Assembly (NCBI GenBank): GCA_032718475.1
Contig: JAUCBJ010002574.1
Coordinates: 1 to 36,653 of the forward strand
Length of the DNA: 36,653 nucleotides
DNA from: Nemertoderma westbladi
Lineage: Eukaryota; Animalia; Xenacoelomorpha
Direction of reading: 5' to 3'
Position 1 is the stretch's first letter; every line of letters begins with the position of its first letter. A model generated the notes under the pieces. It did no database searches. It was not told where the DNA came from and saw nothing but the letters and a program-made list of their open reading frames with translations. Positions 22,287 to 34,573 of the stretch are shown here, one piece after another. A program made the translations under genes and the position numbers.

Positions 22287-25200
22287 ACTATAAATCTATG
22301 GGTCCGAATGTAGATATTGATGACCTTGCTTACAAAATTCATCAATTGGAGAATCACCGAATTAGCTTATCCAACCTAAATGACCAGCTTGCTTTATCTG
22401 GCTGTGTTGATTCCATTACCAGTAAATATGATCAGGAAATCGATGAAATTCTTTTTAAGTCAAACCGCCTTCTTACTCGGTTAGAAAAATCGGTAGATAT
22501 TATTTCCTCTTCTAACTCAGTTAGCAACTCAACCAATTCTGAAGATGCTACTGGGTTACCTAAGGTCGAAGTACCTAAATTCCATGGCGAATACACTGAA
22601 TGGCGCCCATTTTGGGACCAATTCTCTGCCTCTATAGATAGCCGCAATATTCCAGCCATTAGAAAATTTGTTTATCTCCGCCAAGCCTTAAAGGGTGATG
22701 CTAAGGATGCCCTCGATGGACTCGAAGCAACTTCCCAAAACTATCCAGTAGCCATCAATCTCCTGAAACAACGCTATGGTAATCCTAATTTCCTGATAGG
22801 AGTTTATGCCACTAAATTATGCAATCAATCTAGCATACCATGTAATGATGTCCAAACATTCAGGAAATCTCTTAATTCTTTCCAGTCTGCACTCAGACAA
22901 ATTAAGTGTCTTGCTTTGGAAATTGATGAGACAAATAAATCTGCCTCTTCTTCTCCAGATTCACAGTCCGATTTAACTTCTCTACTAATTGCCCCACTTC
23001 TCCTTCAGAAACTTCCTCCGGATGTTGTTCTTGAATGGAACCGTCTTCACACCACAGACCGCTTCAATTTGGAAGGTTTATTGTGTTTTGCGCATTCTGA
23101 GTTAGAGACTCGTGAATCTATGGATTTCACCAACCAAACATTGAAATCGATGGCTGGTAGACAGCCTATCTCTGCTACAAGACAGTATCAGCCAGCAACA
23201 ATAGCTGCTCTTCCGGTTTCAGAATCCATTAGACTCTGTCCAGCTTGTAAGGGTAAACCCCATAGTATAAAATATTGTAGAGAATTTGAATCCAAAACTC
23301 CACATGAACGTGGTAAATTAATAAAATCCTCCGGGTATTGTGAGAATTGTCTTGGTCCACACAATATCTCTAACTGCTCGTCAACTGGCACCTGCCGTTT
23401 TTGTGGTAGGAATCATCATTCGATGCTTTGTTATGCAAAAACTAAATCATCTAAAATGTCTGGAGTTGGAGATTCACCTTATGTGGTTAAGTCCCCAGTG
23501 GCCAAGTGTTCATCTAACCCCCCTCAGCGTCCACCTAGTAGTAAACTTAATGTAACACCCACTGGCCAACAACTGTCTCCCAATGTGTCTCCATGGCAAC
23601 CATCCTCCAGGATCGAACCTTCGATACCTGCTATTGAGACCAGATCCTGCTCCATCTTTGTTAAGATTGCCCGGGCGTTTATTACCCCACCAAATTCAGA
23701 TGAAGGAATTTGGATTTCAGTATACTTAGACGATGGGTCGAAAAGGTCTTATGTGATCAATGATATTACTAATCAGATATCTTTACCAGTTATTACTCAC
23801 CAACAGTTCACTACTGGTGCATTTGGTGGTCATCTAAGTACACAGGATTCTTCCCTAGTCTCATTTTCAGTTAGAAGTCAATTTTCTCCAACGCCTTTGG
23901 CTCTATCTGCATGGACTACTCCCATAGTCTGTTCACCTCTCACTCAAGAATATTTGCCTTGCCTACCTCCTAACTTGGCCCATCTTCATCCTTGGGCTGA
24001 TGATTTTAATGGAGGCCCACGCACTATCTCTTTAATGATTGGTGCTGACCAACTCCACTTAGTAACTGGCGAAACCCTCTATAATGTTGGTCTACCCCGT
24101 CCAGTTTCTACCTTCTTCGGTTTTGTTTTATCGGGTCCTCTAGTGACTGGGAATCTTGCCTCCCAAACCCACTATACACCGTCTATGCTTGTTAGTGAGC
24201 CTGACATTGCCCAACTTTGGTCCTTGGAAACGATTGGAATTCGGGATTCCCTCCTTGACCAAGATGGCGATATTTTCCCTCAACCAGCCAAATCCACAGT
24301 CAATAATAACCGCTACCAGGTTCAATTGCCATTTCTAGGTCATAAACGTCCTTTGCCTAACTCCTCTATTGTTGCCAGACAGCAAAGTCGAACTATGACT
24401 CGTGTAAGTTCTGCTCATCTTCCGTTGTATACTGGAAAAATAGCGAAGCTCCAGCTTGATAACATAGTTGAACTCTCCACAACTGCCGATAATGTTGGAT
24501 ACTTTCTACCCCATCATGGTGTTTGGAAACATGATAAACTGCGTGTGGTCTTTAATGGCTCCTCCAGTGATAGCAAAGGCACTAGCCTTAATGACTGCCT
24601 AGACTCTGGTCCTAACCTATTAGGATCTATGGTTGACATAACCTTAAGGGCTCGCCTTCGACCCTATCTAGTTGTTGCAGATATAGTTGCTGCTTTTCAC
24701 CAGATAGAACTCCACCCATCCGACCGGCAGTGGGTTAAGTTTTTCTGGGGCAATGAATCTTGGCAATTTATCAGAGTTCCATTTGGCCTTATATCCAGCC
24801 CATACCATCTCCATTCGGTTGCAATTCACCATATCACGGAGAATACTGATGCTTGCTTTGCTGCTCAACTGATTTCATCACTATATTGTGATGATGTTTT
24901 CCGCAGTGAAGATCATCTATCTACAGCCCAGGACTTCCTACGACGAGCTATTCATCTGTTCAGCTTGGCTGCTATGGAGCTCAAACCGGTTGACAATCCC
25001 AATAAGATACTTGGTGTACCTTGGAACACTAATGAGGACACTATCTATGTTGATGTAACTGTTGTCGATATCCCTACATCTTTTACCCGTCGTAATCTTA
25101 TCCGTTCATTCTCCAAGGTCTTTGACTCTTTGGGACTCTGCTATCCTTGGACAATTCGACCTCGATTACTTCTTCAACAGTCCTGGTCTGAAGGTGGTCG

Positions 25201-26632
25201 TTGGGATGATCCCGTATCTCCCAATATCCAAGCTCAGTGGATCAGCTGGGCAAAGGAAGCCACTACACAACATATCCCAATATTTCCACGATGTGTTTAT
25301 ATCAATGACAATTGTGTATTGCATATCTTCTGTGATGCCTCCAAAGTGGCCTATGCTTGTCTGGCCTATATCGTCCATCCTGGAGAATCCTCGACACTTT
25401 TCTTTGGGAAAGCTCGTGTGGCCCCTCTCAAACCGAAGCATAGTATACCTCGCCTAGAACTACTAGGTGCTACTTTAGGTGCTCGTGTAGCACATCACCT
25501 CTGCCTCGATGTCATTCATCCTCAACGTGTTGTCATATGGACAGATTCAATGGCAGTTCTTTGGTGGTTACGAAAGGGTGTTTCTAAACGTGACATCTTT
25601 GTTGCTAATCGCCTTCTAGAGATAACCAAGCTCATCCCGTCTGATCATAGTGGTTATGAGTGGCGCTATGTTCCTTCTCAAAGCAACCCTGCAGATATAC
25701 CAACCCGAGGATGTAGTCTTTCTCACTTAGCTGATTCGGCCCTCTATAAAGAAGGGCCTCCATTTCTCATTGATGAAGAATGTAACTGGCCCAGTAGTCC
25801 GACTCCTCCAGCTCAGTTATTAGTGATATCTGAACCACAGACAATTTCACTAACTCCAATCGTTTCTCTTAAGAAATATTCTAGCTTCGATACTTTGATT
25901 CGGGTTGTTGCTTACATTCACCGTTTCATTCATAACTGTATCCAAAAATCTGCCGCTGCACGCAGGAAGGGTGCATTAGTTGGATCAGAACTGACATCAG
26001 CTACCAACTATCTTATAAGATTGGAACAGAGACATCTCTTTGCTGATGAATTCCAGATGCTATCTGCAGATCCTTCTGCTGCCTTGCCTAAATCATCTTC
26101 ATTGTGGCGATATCATCCTACTCTGTTTCATGGCTTAATTGTCTTGGTTCCACGCAACCGCCAGGAACCCATCTTACCAATACTCCCCTATAAGAGTCCT
26201 TTAACATCCCTGTTGGTAAAACATTTCCATAGTGCTCTTTGCCATCAAGGTTATGATGCTACACTTGCTGAAATTCGTACACGATTTTGGATCCCAAAGG
26301 GACGTGCATTGGTACGCAAACTCATTTTCGATTGCCCCAAATGTCATCGTTATCGCTGTGTTCCATACCGTAGTTCTGAATCTGCCTTACAACCATTTCG
26401 GATTCAACCTACTGTGCCATTTCGGCATGTGGGCGTTGATTTCTTTGGTCCATTATATTTAAAGGAGAAAATTAAAGCCTGGGCCATTCTATTCACCTGT
26501 GCCTGTGTCCGGGCCATCCACCTGGAGATTGTTTCAGACCAATCGGCTGCAACTACACATCTGGCCTTTCGTAAGTTTTTGGCCCGTCGAGTCCGGCCCC
26601 TTACTCATATTACTTTTCACTTTTCATTCTGA
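22287..26632 (+). CDS. pol: BEL/Pao gag-pol polyprotein (gag, three Zn knuckles, protease, RT, RNase H, integrase N-terminus)
   Basis: LPKVEVPKFHGEYTEWRPFWDQF, three Cys/His knuckles, LDDGSKRSY, LRVVFNGS, SLNDCLDSGPNL, LYCDD, FCDAS, SIPRLEL, NPAD, H-H-C-C and VDFFGP. Confidence 0.96.
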
Positions 26633-27479
26633 TAATGCGAAAACATTTCGCAAATTATCTTGCATGAAATTCCCATCGCATGTGGTGGATTGGGAATTTA
26701 TTCCTGCTCGTAGTCCTGCATGGGGAGGATTTTGGGAACGAATGGTGAAGACTGTGAAATTTTGCATGAAGACTCTTTGCCACAAGCTCTTACTTACCTT
26801 GCCCCAACTTGAAGCCGTGGTATGTGAAGTTGAAGCTGTTGTGAATCTGCGGCCATTGTTGCCAGTCTCCACAGATCCCAATGATACAAATTCAATAACC
26901 CCCGCCCACTTCCTATATGGTTCACCACCGCCAGTTTCGGATCTTGAAATTGACACGGTGGTAATTGCCGAACCAGATATCCGTCGATCACTATTACAAA
27001 GGGAACGTGCCAATCGTGAGGTTTGGAAGTTGTTTTCATCGCGATATATGAATACTCTCGCAACATGGCGCACAACAGGTTCCAGTGGCATCCCTCCTAC
27101 CATTGGGGACCTAGTTCTAGTCCACCAGGATTCACCCCGTTCCCGTTGGCCTTTGGCCCGCATTGTGGGCCTTACAACTGGTGTTGATGGCATACCCCGA
27201 TCCGCAACAATTCTCCTCCGTGGTCGCCATACAACTCGTGCGGTCAATAAACTGTTACCCCTTGAGCGTTCAACCATCCCCGATCGTGGGGGCAGGGTGC
27301 CTCTTGATCAGGATCACCCTGCAATCAATCATCATGGGGATGCAGCATCATCTTCCAACTGCCCAATGCCTCAACAACCACCACCTAATTGCGAACAACT
27401 GAATCCCATGGGTTCCTACCGAACTGCATCTGGACGTGCTGTGCGCCCACCCATGTGTTATGGTTATTGCAAACCTTAG
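26619..27479 (+). CDS. BEL integrase core and C-terminus, frameshifted relative to pol
   Basis: HSDNAKTF, PAWGGFWERMVK, VNLRPL, ITPAHFL and RWPLARI; frame broken by a 7-bp duplication at 26612-26625. Confidence 0.95.
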   Translation, partial: TFHSDNAKTFRKLSCMKFPSHVVDWEFIPARSPAWGGFWERMVKTVKFCMKTLCHKLLLTLPQLEAVVCEVEAVVNLRPLLPVSTDPNDTNSITPAHFLYGSPPPVSDLEIDTVVIAEPDIRRSLLQRERANREVWKLFSSRYMNTLATWRTTGSSGIPPTIGDLVLVHQDSPRSRWPLARIVGLTTGVDGIPRSATILLRGRHTTRAVNKLLPLERSTIPDRGGRVPLDQDHPAINHHGDAASSSNCPMPQQPPPNCEQLNPMGSYRTASGRAVRPPMCYGYCKP

Positions 27480-27498
27480 ATTGGTTGCAACGTGGGGG

Positions 27499-27783
27499 TG
27501 TGCCATCGACGACAGTCAAGGGCATGGCCTATATGGACTTAGACTGATATAGGACTTATTATATTATGTACCGGTAAGGGCGAGTTGATTGACTGACTCG
27601 GTTGGTCTTTGGTACTGCCCCTGTACACGGTACCTGGGTACCGAAGCCTATGCCTATATCAGTACCGTATATTATTGTGTACCATATATACTGATATACA
27701 TTATATGAGATCGAAGGAATACCAGCACCGACCATTGAATATATTTTACTTATACCTCGTCGATCCCTAACAACGACGACACA
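27499..27783 (+). repeat. 3' LTR (285 bp)
   Basis: Direct repeat of 18943-19228. Confidence 0.95.
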
Positions 27784-28185
27784 ATCTAAAAATGTTTTAA
27801 AACCAGCTAGAATAGTAATTATAATAAAATTTACGCATGATTAATGTAACTATATAAAAAAAACAATACCAACAAAAGAATAGGCCTAATTTACGATAAG
27901 CGGAGGGGGAGATTTGGCTGCATGCCTTTCTGACGTTCTGAATGTGGATTCGGACAACTTTTGTACTCAACTTATAATGCTATATATCTGATTTTGGAAA
28001 CTGAAAAAAATATTCAATTTAATGCAGCTCGGCTGGCGTTTCTCTGGATAACATTTTGTATTTTTTCAATCAAAACTATATTTTTGTATTTTTTGTGTTT
28101 CAGTACTCAAACCCCTCCCACACTGCAGAGCTGAGTCTGTGAGACTTACGGAAAGGCGTTCGCACAGAAAAGCGTCCTAAACAGT
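27784..28185 (+). repeat. Local duplication copy 1 (intron plus start of the zinc-finger exon)
   Basis: Matches 36203-36653; near-identical from ~27892 onward, with indels upstream. Confidence 0.93.
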
Positions 28186-28387
28186 CACCAAGAGATCCAC
28201 ACCGGAGAGCGACCATAGACTACCAGTGCAGCATCTGTCTCACACAATTCTCTCAGCAAGGATCCCTAACCATGCATAAACGTTTACATACGGGGGAGCA
28301 GATACGGATGTCTGCCACATGTGGATCCGGGTTTGTGGATACCAGCCGATTCAATGCATTCACTCGGGGAGCCACAGTTTAACTGCT
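28104..28387 (+). pseudogene. Decayed C2H2 zinc-finger exon, 5' part
   Basis: Acceptor TTTCAG; CETYGKAFAQKSVLNSHQEIHTGERP* / YQCSICLTQFSQQGSLTMHKRLHTGEQ / ATCGSGFVDTSRFN. Contains a stop, frameshifts and lost Cys residues. Confidence 0.88.
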
Positions 28388-30794
28388 TTCCAGTTCAAGA
28401 AGCGAACTGGAAAGCTATGGACTCATAGTGGACCCAGTGGTCACAAGTCCCAGATAGACCATATTCTGTTTCGTAGGAAATACAGGAGCTCTATACAAGA
28501 CTGTAATGCATTTACACTTCGACCCTTCTCCAGTGATCACCGCCTTATTGTGGCCAAGGTAAGACTTAGTCTGCGTGCTAGCAGAACAACGAAATCTGCC
28601 TTGCCACGGCATGACTGGTCCTCTCTGTTGCAACAGCCTAGTGTGAGATCCAGCTTCACACTACAGCTGAGCAACAGGTATGAGGCTCTTGCCTCTGAGG
28701 CGGCAGATCACTGTGAGGGCTATACTGCCTTTACAGAAGCAGTTAAGTTAGCAGCTGCAGAAACAGTTCCTGTATACCCTCGAAACAGGAAAAGGGCCCC
28801 CTGGACTGACAACAAAATTCAGAAGTGCCGAAATGACCTTCATAAGGCGCAGAAAGAGTCCCGACTCAAACAGACTACAGCGGCCAAGAATGCAGTTAAA
28901 GCTGCATCTAGGTCCCTGAACAGGCAGTACTCTGTTAATCTACAGGAGCTAATAAACCAACAGGTTGATGCCATCAATGATGCTGACTACAGCAGGCAAT
29001 CATCCCAGGCATGGAAATCGATCAATCTGCTTACTGGGCGGAAAAGCCAACCAACCACCAAGGTTAAGGCTGAATCACCAGCCGATCGCCTTAATGGTTG
29101 GAAAGCCCACTTTGAAAAGCTCCTCAATAATGACAGGGTATTGCCTGATAACTTTATAGAAGTAAAAGTGTCTGAGTCTGTACTCCCAGATATTCCCATT
29201 GGCGATATCTCCTTTGCAGAAGTGAAGGCTGCTGCAAAGAGCATTAAGACCAATCGTGCCAGTGGAGTAGATGGTGTTCCCCCTGAGGTCTTTAAAATAC
29301 CTGAGTGTTTAAAGCTCATCTATCCCATCATAGTAGACATGTACCGTACAACAAGAGTCCCACAAGAAATGAAAACAAATAAGTTGGTGCCAGTTCCCAA
29401 GAAGGGCAACCTAACACTCTATGGTTCTTTTCGGGGAATCTCATTGATCTCGATTGCTGCAAAACTATACAATAGAATTCTATTAAATCGCATCAGGGAT
29501 CCCATTGAGAGACTGCTACGTGGAAATCAGAATGGGTTCCGTAAAGGTCGTGGGACCATGGAGCCCATTTTGGCACTTAGAAGGATAATTGAAGAGTTAT
29601 CAAAAAAGATTGACAGGCATCTGGCTGTTATCTTTGTTGACTTCTTCAAGGCCTTTGATTCAGTCTCTCGCTCACGTATGTTCAGCATACTTTCATTATA
29701 TGGGATTCCTGATGAAATTATTGCAGCAATCAGATCAGTATACGATGGTTCGACAACATTTGTGTCTACTGTTGACGGTGACACAGAACCATTTGAAGTG
29801 TTATGGGGCGTCCTCCAAGGAGACACACTTGCACCATTCTTGTTCATTATTGTGGTTGACTATGTTCTACGCATGTCCTTAGATCATCATAATGATGATG
29901 GGGTGATGATAACTCCACCTACTGGCTCCAGAAGTCGAGGAAATCCTGCCAAGTACCTAACTGATCTAGACTTTGCTGATGACTTAGGAGTACTCTCAGA
30001 ATCATTAGAGGGAGCCCAGCGGCTCCTCAGCTCATTAGAACATGCTGCTTCTAGTGTTGGTCTTTTTATTAACTCCAGAAAGACCAAAATTCTGACAGTT
30101 AACTTTGAAAGTCCTCAGCAAGTCTCTGATCGGATGAGCATAAGCTCAAAGGATGGTATGCTTGAGCATGTGGACGACTTCTGTTACCTGGGATCATGGA
30201 TCCGGAAGTCAGGTGAGGACCTTCGAATACGTAAGGGAAAGGCATGGGCAGCCTTGAATAGGCTTTCCAGGATTTGGAAGTCACCTAGAATTAATCGGAA
30301 ACTTAAGGTCCGATTATTTAGAGCAGCAGTAGTTCCAGTACTCCTCTACGGGAGTCCATGCTGGGCTCTAACTGCTGAGGACACCAAATCTCTGGATGGC
30401 ACATTCACAAGAATGCTACGCCGGGTACATTGTGTCAAGTACAATGCACACATCTCCAACCAGACACTATATAACATCGGAGGTGTCTCATTGATTCCCC
30501 CAAGCTTGACACTAGAACAAAATCGCCTCCGCTTTGCAGGACATTGCTTTCGCCGTGAGGACCAGCCAGTGCATAATCTTGTACTTTGGCAGCCTCATGG
30601 AGTGAATAAGCATGGTGGACAGCCCATGACTTTCTTGAGACGCATCTTAAAGGACACTGGCCTTAAAGATGCGGATGATCTAGCAAATGTCATGGGTGAT
30701 AGGGAGTTGTGGCGGTGCAATTTTGTTGACAAGCCGGCACAGCATTCTTAAAAATGCAGCTGCAATGCAGCATGCCGATCCTAGTAGTAGTAGT
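28388..30794 (+). mobile_element. 5'-truncated RTE-clade LINE with intact RT frame (ORF ends 30751) and a (TAG)n tail
   Basis: APE tail (QIDHIL, SDHRL), RT motifs QNGFRKGR, VDFFKAFDSV, GVLQGDTLAPFLF, LDFADD, YLGS and LRFAGH. TSD AGTTTAACTGCT at 28376-28387 and 30795-30806. Confidence 0.96.
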
Positions 30795-30806
30795 AGTTTA
30801 ACTGCT

Positions 30807-30885
30807 ATGCTTTCGGTTAATCTTTCTCCCGACGCCATCAGGTAATGCGCCACTGATGTATCCGCAGTAGCGAAGTTCCGTAGTA
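30807..30885 (+). pseudogene. Decayed C2H2 zinc-finger exon, 3' part after the RTE insertion
   Basis: Rejoined across the TSD it reads GEPQFNCYAFG*SFSRRHQVMRH*CIRS, a degenerate fourth finger. Confidence 0.75.
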
Positions 30886-31619
30886 GTTCCCAAGTAATCC
30901 TGAAAAAAACAGTCCCAACCCAGTTTCAAATAAACATTAGTAAATTACGTTTACGGGGGAGGAGGGTATAGGAAGGCATTCGAATTGGAGAGGAAATTGT
31001 GAATGTTAATATAGTTCCTAATGGGAATAAGTGAATGGAATGTGCATAACATAGAATATAAGGCGAGCGTGGTTTTTTTTAAAAAGACGTCAATAAAGAA
31101 ATTTAAATCCACGTTTTTAAAACAATAATAATTTTGATGAAACTAATGCTATTATTACATTACCGGTCGGAATATAACAATGGCTACACTTCTGCAGTAA
31201 TATAATACTTTAGGAAAACAAACGATTTATTATAATACTAAAAACATTTTGCCACTATTTATTGCTGTAATTTCGCCCACGAGATATTGGCTGGGGGCAA
31301 TTGCCCTCCCTACTCCCCCCCCCCCCCCCCCCGGGCGCCTATGGTGATTTATTTATTAGTTTAATGTAGAGTAACAATATTGTTGGTCAATTTAAATGAT
31401 ACTGTTAGTGATAATAGATCATAATAATACAGCAGTAATAGATAACAGATAATAGTGAACGTGGGGAAGTGATCGAGAGGTATCTCTGTCCGGGATCCAT
31501 TTAATTGTTATCTTTAATCTGAACGTTAAATAATGTAGCTTAATTGGGGTTTTTAATAGTTATGTTAACCTCAATTTAAAAATTAGTAATTTAAAAATAA
31601 AATTAGTAATGTGATTAGT

Positions 31620-34573
31620 TTTGAACCAACTGATTTGTTGTCTGATAAAGAGTGTCGCATTCTGCCTTTTTATATTAATCTTACAGATGGTAGTAAACTT
31701 TTAATGCTAAATGTTTACCTACCATACGAGTCACCAGATAATCATGATATTTTTGTCGAATATTTAGGAAAATTGCAGTCCATAATAGAGTCATCCCCAT
31801 CAACAGCAATTTGGCGATTTTAATGCGTCCCCTGGGCGACCTTTTTATACTGAACTAAATGATTGGTGCAATAATTTTGGCCTCACTGTCTCAGATGTTG
31901 AAACCCTACCCAGTAATAGTTTCTCCTTTGTAAGTGCAGCTCATGGCACAACATCATGGCTGGACCACGTTGTTGTTTCATCGAGTTTCAAATCTATTGT
32001 TAATGATACTCGTATTGATTACGATAAGACGGTTACTGACCATATGCCGGTTAACATTGTGCTAAACATTGATGTGCATAAAATAGATATTAATAATGCT
32101 AATGCTAATGATAATGCTAATGCTAATGCTACCAATGCAAATACGCAAAGCTCTAATGCGAGAAACGGCCCCGAAATATGTTAAAACAATAAAATAGGAC
32201 ATGGGGTCTTATTCCCTCAGATACTACCTAGCATTTAGGGCCACTTGGGCCACTGTTAGTACTCAGGCATTAAGGCCCATCAAAAAAACAAAATACCAAA
32301 TCGATTTTAGTGCTACATAACCCAACCCAACTACCACAAGAAAAATTACACCAAACCATACAGTAACTACAGGTTCCGGTAAGTATTGCACGAAATAGGC
32401 TATCCCATAAATTACGAAAAATATAGGACATTTTGTCCGCCGAAAAAGTAAGTCTAAGTAATAAATTTTATAAAAATAAAAGGGTTTCGGAGATTTAAAC
32501 ACTGAACCCTGTGATTCGTGGTTCTCCTCATCAGCAGTTTGCCACGAAATATGTTGGTCGAAAACAAATGCTAACAATTTGAAAGATTATAGTACGTTAC
32601 TTAATGATCGACTTGATCACTTGGTAATACCCGATGGTATTAAATGTCAAAACCCACGCTGTAAAGAGCATGCGGATTGCATTTCTGATTAGATAAGATT
32701 CTTCACATGGGGGTAACTGCAAAGTGAAATTTAACGGCAGAAAGTCTGGTATTCTTCACATGGGTCATAAAATGGCTGCATCGCAACTCGGCAATGACTA
32801 TCGGTCGTTTTGGCGCGATGTCAAAAAAAGAAAGTAGCACATCTGTGCCACTACCGAAAACAGTTAGCGGAGCCTCAGGTGAAGCTGAAGTTTGTGATTT
32901 ATTTAGAAATGAATACCATTCTTTATTTAATATTGTAGATAATGCTACTGGTGCTGTCAATTACACACTTAATAATTTGGATGATGTTGAATTTTCTAAT
33001 GATTTCATTGTGAGTGCAGGTGAAATTAGTTGTGCCATATCAAACTTAAAGAAGGATAAGTGTGCTGGCCCCGATGGTCTTGCTGCAGAGCATTATATCT
33101 ATAGCAATAGCCCCCCCCCCCCCCCGGCTCAACACACTATTGGCCTTATTAGTTACCGCTATGAATATTCACGGTGTAATACCAACTAGCGCAATCCATT
33201 GTTTATTAATTCCGATTATAAAAGATAAAAATGGACCAATAGAGGATAAGGGTAATTATCGACCTATAGCTATAGCCTCAATATTTAGTAAATTATTTAA
33301 TTGTAAGCGATTATCAGTACTCGTTTAAACGCCGTAGTGGTACAGAATTGTGCATTTTTACCCTCAAGGAGATAATTGATTATTATTTATATAACGGTTC
33401 TTCAGTATATGTGTGCTTTGTGGACTCTAGCAAAGCATTTGATAGAATACTACATGATAAACTTTTTGAGAAACTTCTCCTCAAGGGTATACCCAAGTAT
33501 ATTGTTAGGGTATTAGCTTATTGGTACAGAAAGCAAACATTGCAGGTCAAATGGGGTGAATCTTTTTCTAGGCCTTTTACTGTATCAAATGGGGTTAAGC
33601 AGGGGGGTATTTTGAGTGGGTACTTATTTAACGTATACATGGATCAACTCAGTTACGATTTAGTGGATACCAATGTGGGGTGCTTATTAGACGGTTGTAG
33701 ATTAAATCATATAATGTATGCAGACGATATATGTCTCATCTCTAATTCCGCTATTGGTTTGCTGTCTCTTATCAATTGTTACTTTAGTTATGCTGTAAAT
33801 CACAATATTATTTTCAATCTAAAGAAAACCAAGGTCATGTATTTTTTGTCTAGTAGTTATAGTAATAATGGTGTTAATCCTTTCTTTTTATATGGTAAAC
33901 AGATTTCCAGAGCTCACAAATGGGTATATTTAGGGCACTTATTTCATGAGAGTAGGGATGATGATTATGACATCAAGAAAGCTAATAGAGGGTTATACGC
34001 AAAGGCAAATACGTTAGTTCGAAAATTTAAATGCTGTTCTATATCAGCTAAAGTTACTTTGTTTCGTGCATTTTTAACTACGGTATATTGTAATTCATTG
34101 TGGTCACGTAGCAATTACTCCTCTGTAGTGTATAATCGTTTAAAGGTGGCATATAATAGGGCGGCTAGGTTGTTATGTATGTACAGTATGTCCCTCTTTT
34201 TTGGAAATAACAATCTACCATGTTTCATACATATCCGTCATAAATCGATTACGAGTTTATTTGCCAGAGTAGATGCGAGTAATAATAAACTTATCCAAGC
34301 GGTCACCAGGGTAACGTCCGCTACACGTCGCGGATACGGGCCATGCTGGACTCTAGCCTACTGTACTGAAGGCATTTTTATTATATTACCTAATATGCAA
34401 TATATTTTTACTGGATGCTTACATAGTAAGCCTACCCTATACCCTACCCTACATTACATCGTTAATTTAATTATAATAATACAATTTATTGTTTTACTGT
34501 GCTATATGGACGTCTGTATTATGCATTATTTAATTTTACTGATGTCTGGAATAAATAAAATAAATAAAAAAAA
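31620..34573 (+). mobile_element. Decayed LINE ORF2 (APE plus RT), RTEX/L2-like, ending in an A-rich tail
   Basis: NVYLPYE, GDFNA, AHGTTSWLDH, AGPDGL, NYRPIA, VDSSKAFDRI, NGVKQGGILS, MYADD and YLGH across several frames; AATAAA and A-tail at 34550-34573. Clade call and 5' boundary are approximate. Confidence 0.88.
32183..32544 (-). mobile_element. Unclassified 362-bp insertion within the LINE, with an 11-bp TSD
   Basis: CGAAATATGTT at 32172-32182 and 32545-32555; removal restores the reading NGPEICWSKTNANNLKDY. Confidence 0.75.

Larger units (their letters stand above)
18943..27783 (+). mobile_element. Full-length BEL/Pao LTR retrotransposon with a nested piggyBac
   Basis: Two near-identical TG..CA LTRs, a PBS remnant, a short polypurine tract at 27494-27498, and domain order gag-PR-RT-RH-IN with BEL motifs. 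Confidence 0.97.

Noticed and set aside
26600-26640. Programmed ribosomal frameshift between pol and integrase
   Set aside because: A simple 7-bp duplication explains the shift, and BEL elements normally encode integrase in the same frame as RT.
32698-32775. Twice-repeated ATTCTTCACATGGG and a KFNGRKSGILHMGHK peptide resembling CR1-type RT downstream sequence
   Set aside because: Too short to establish a separate insertion; it could be a rearrangement scar in the decayed LINE.
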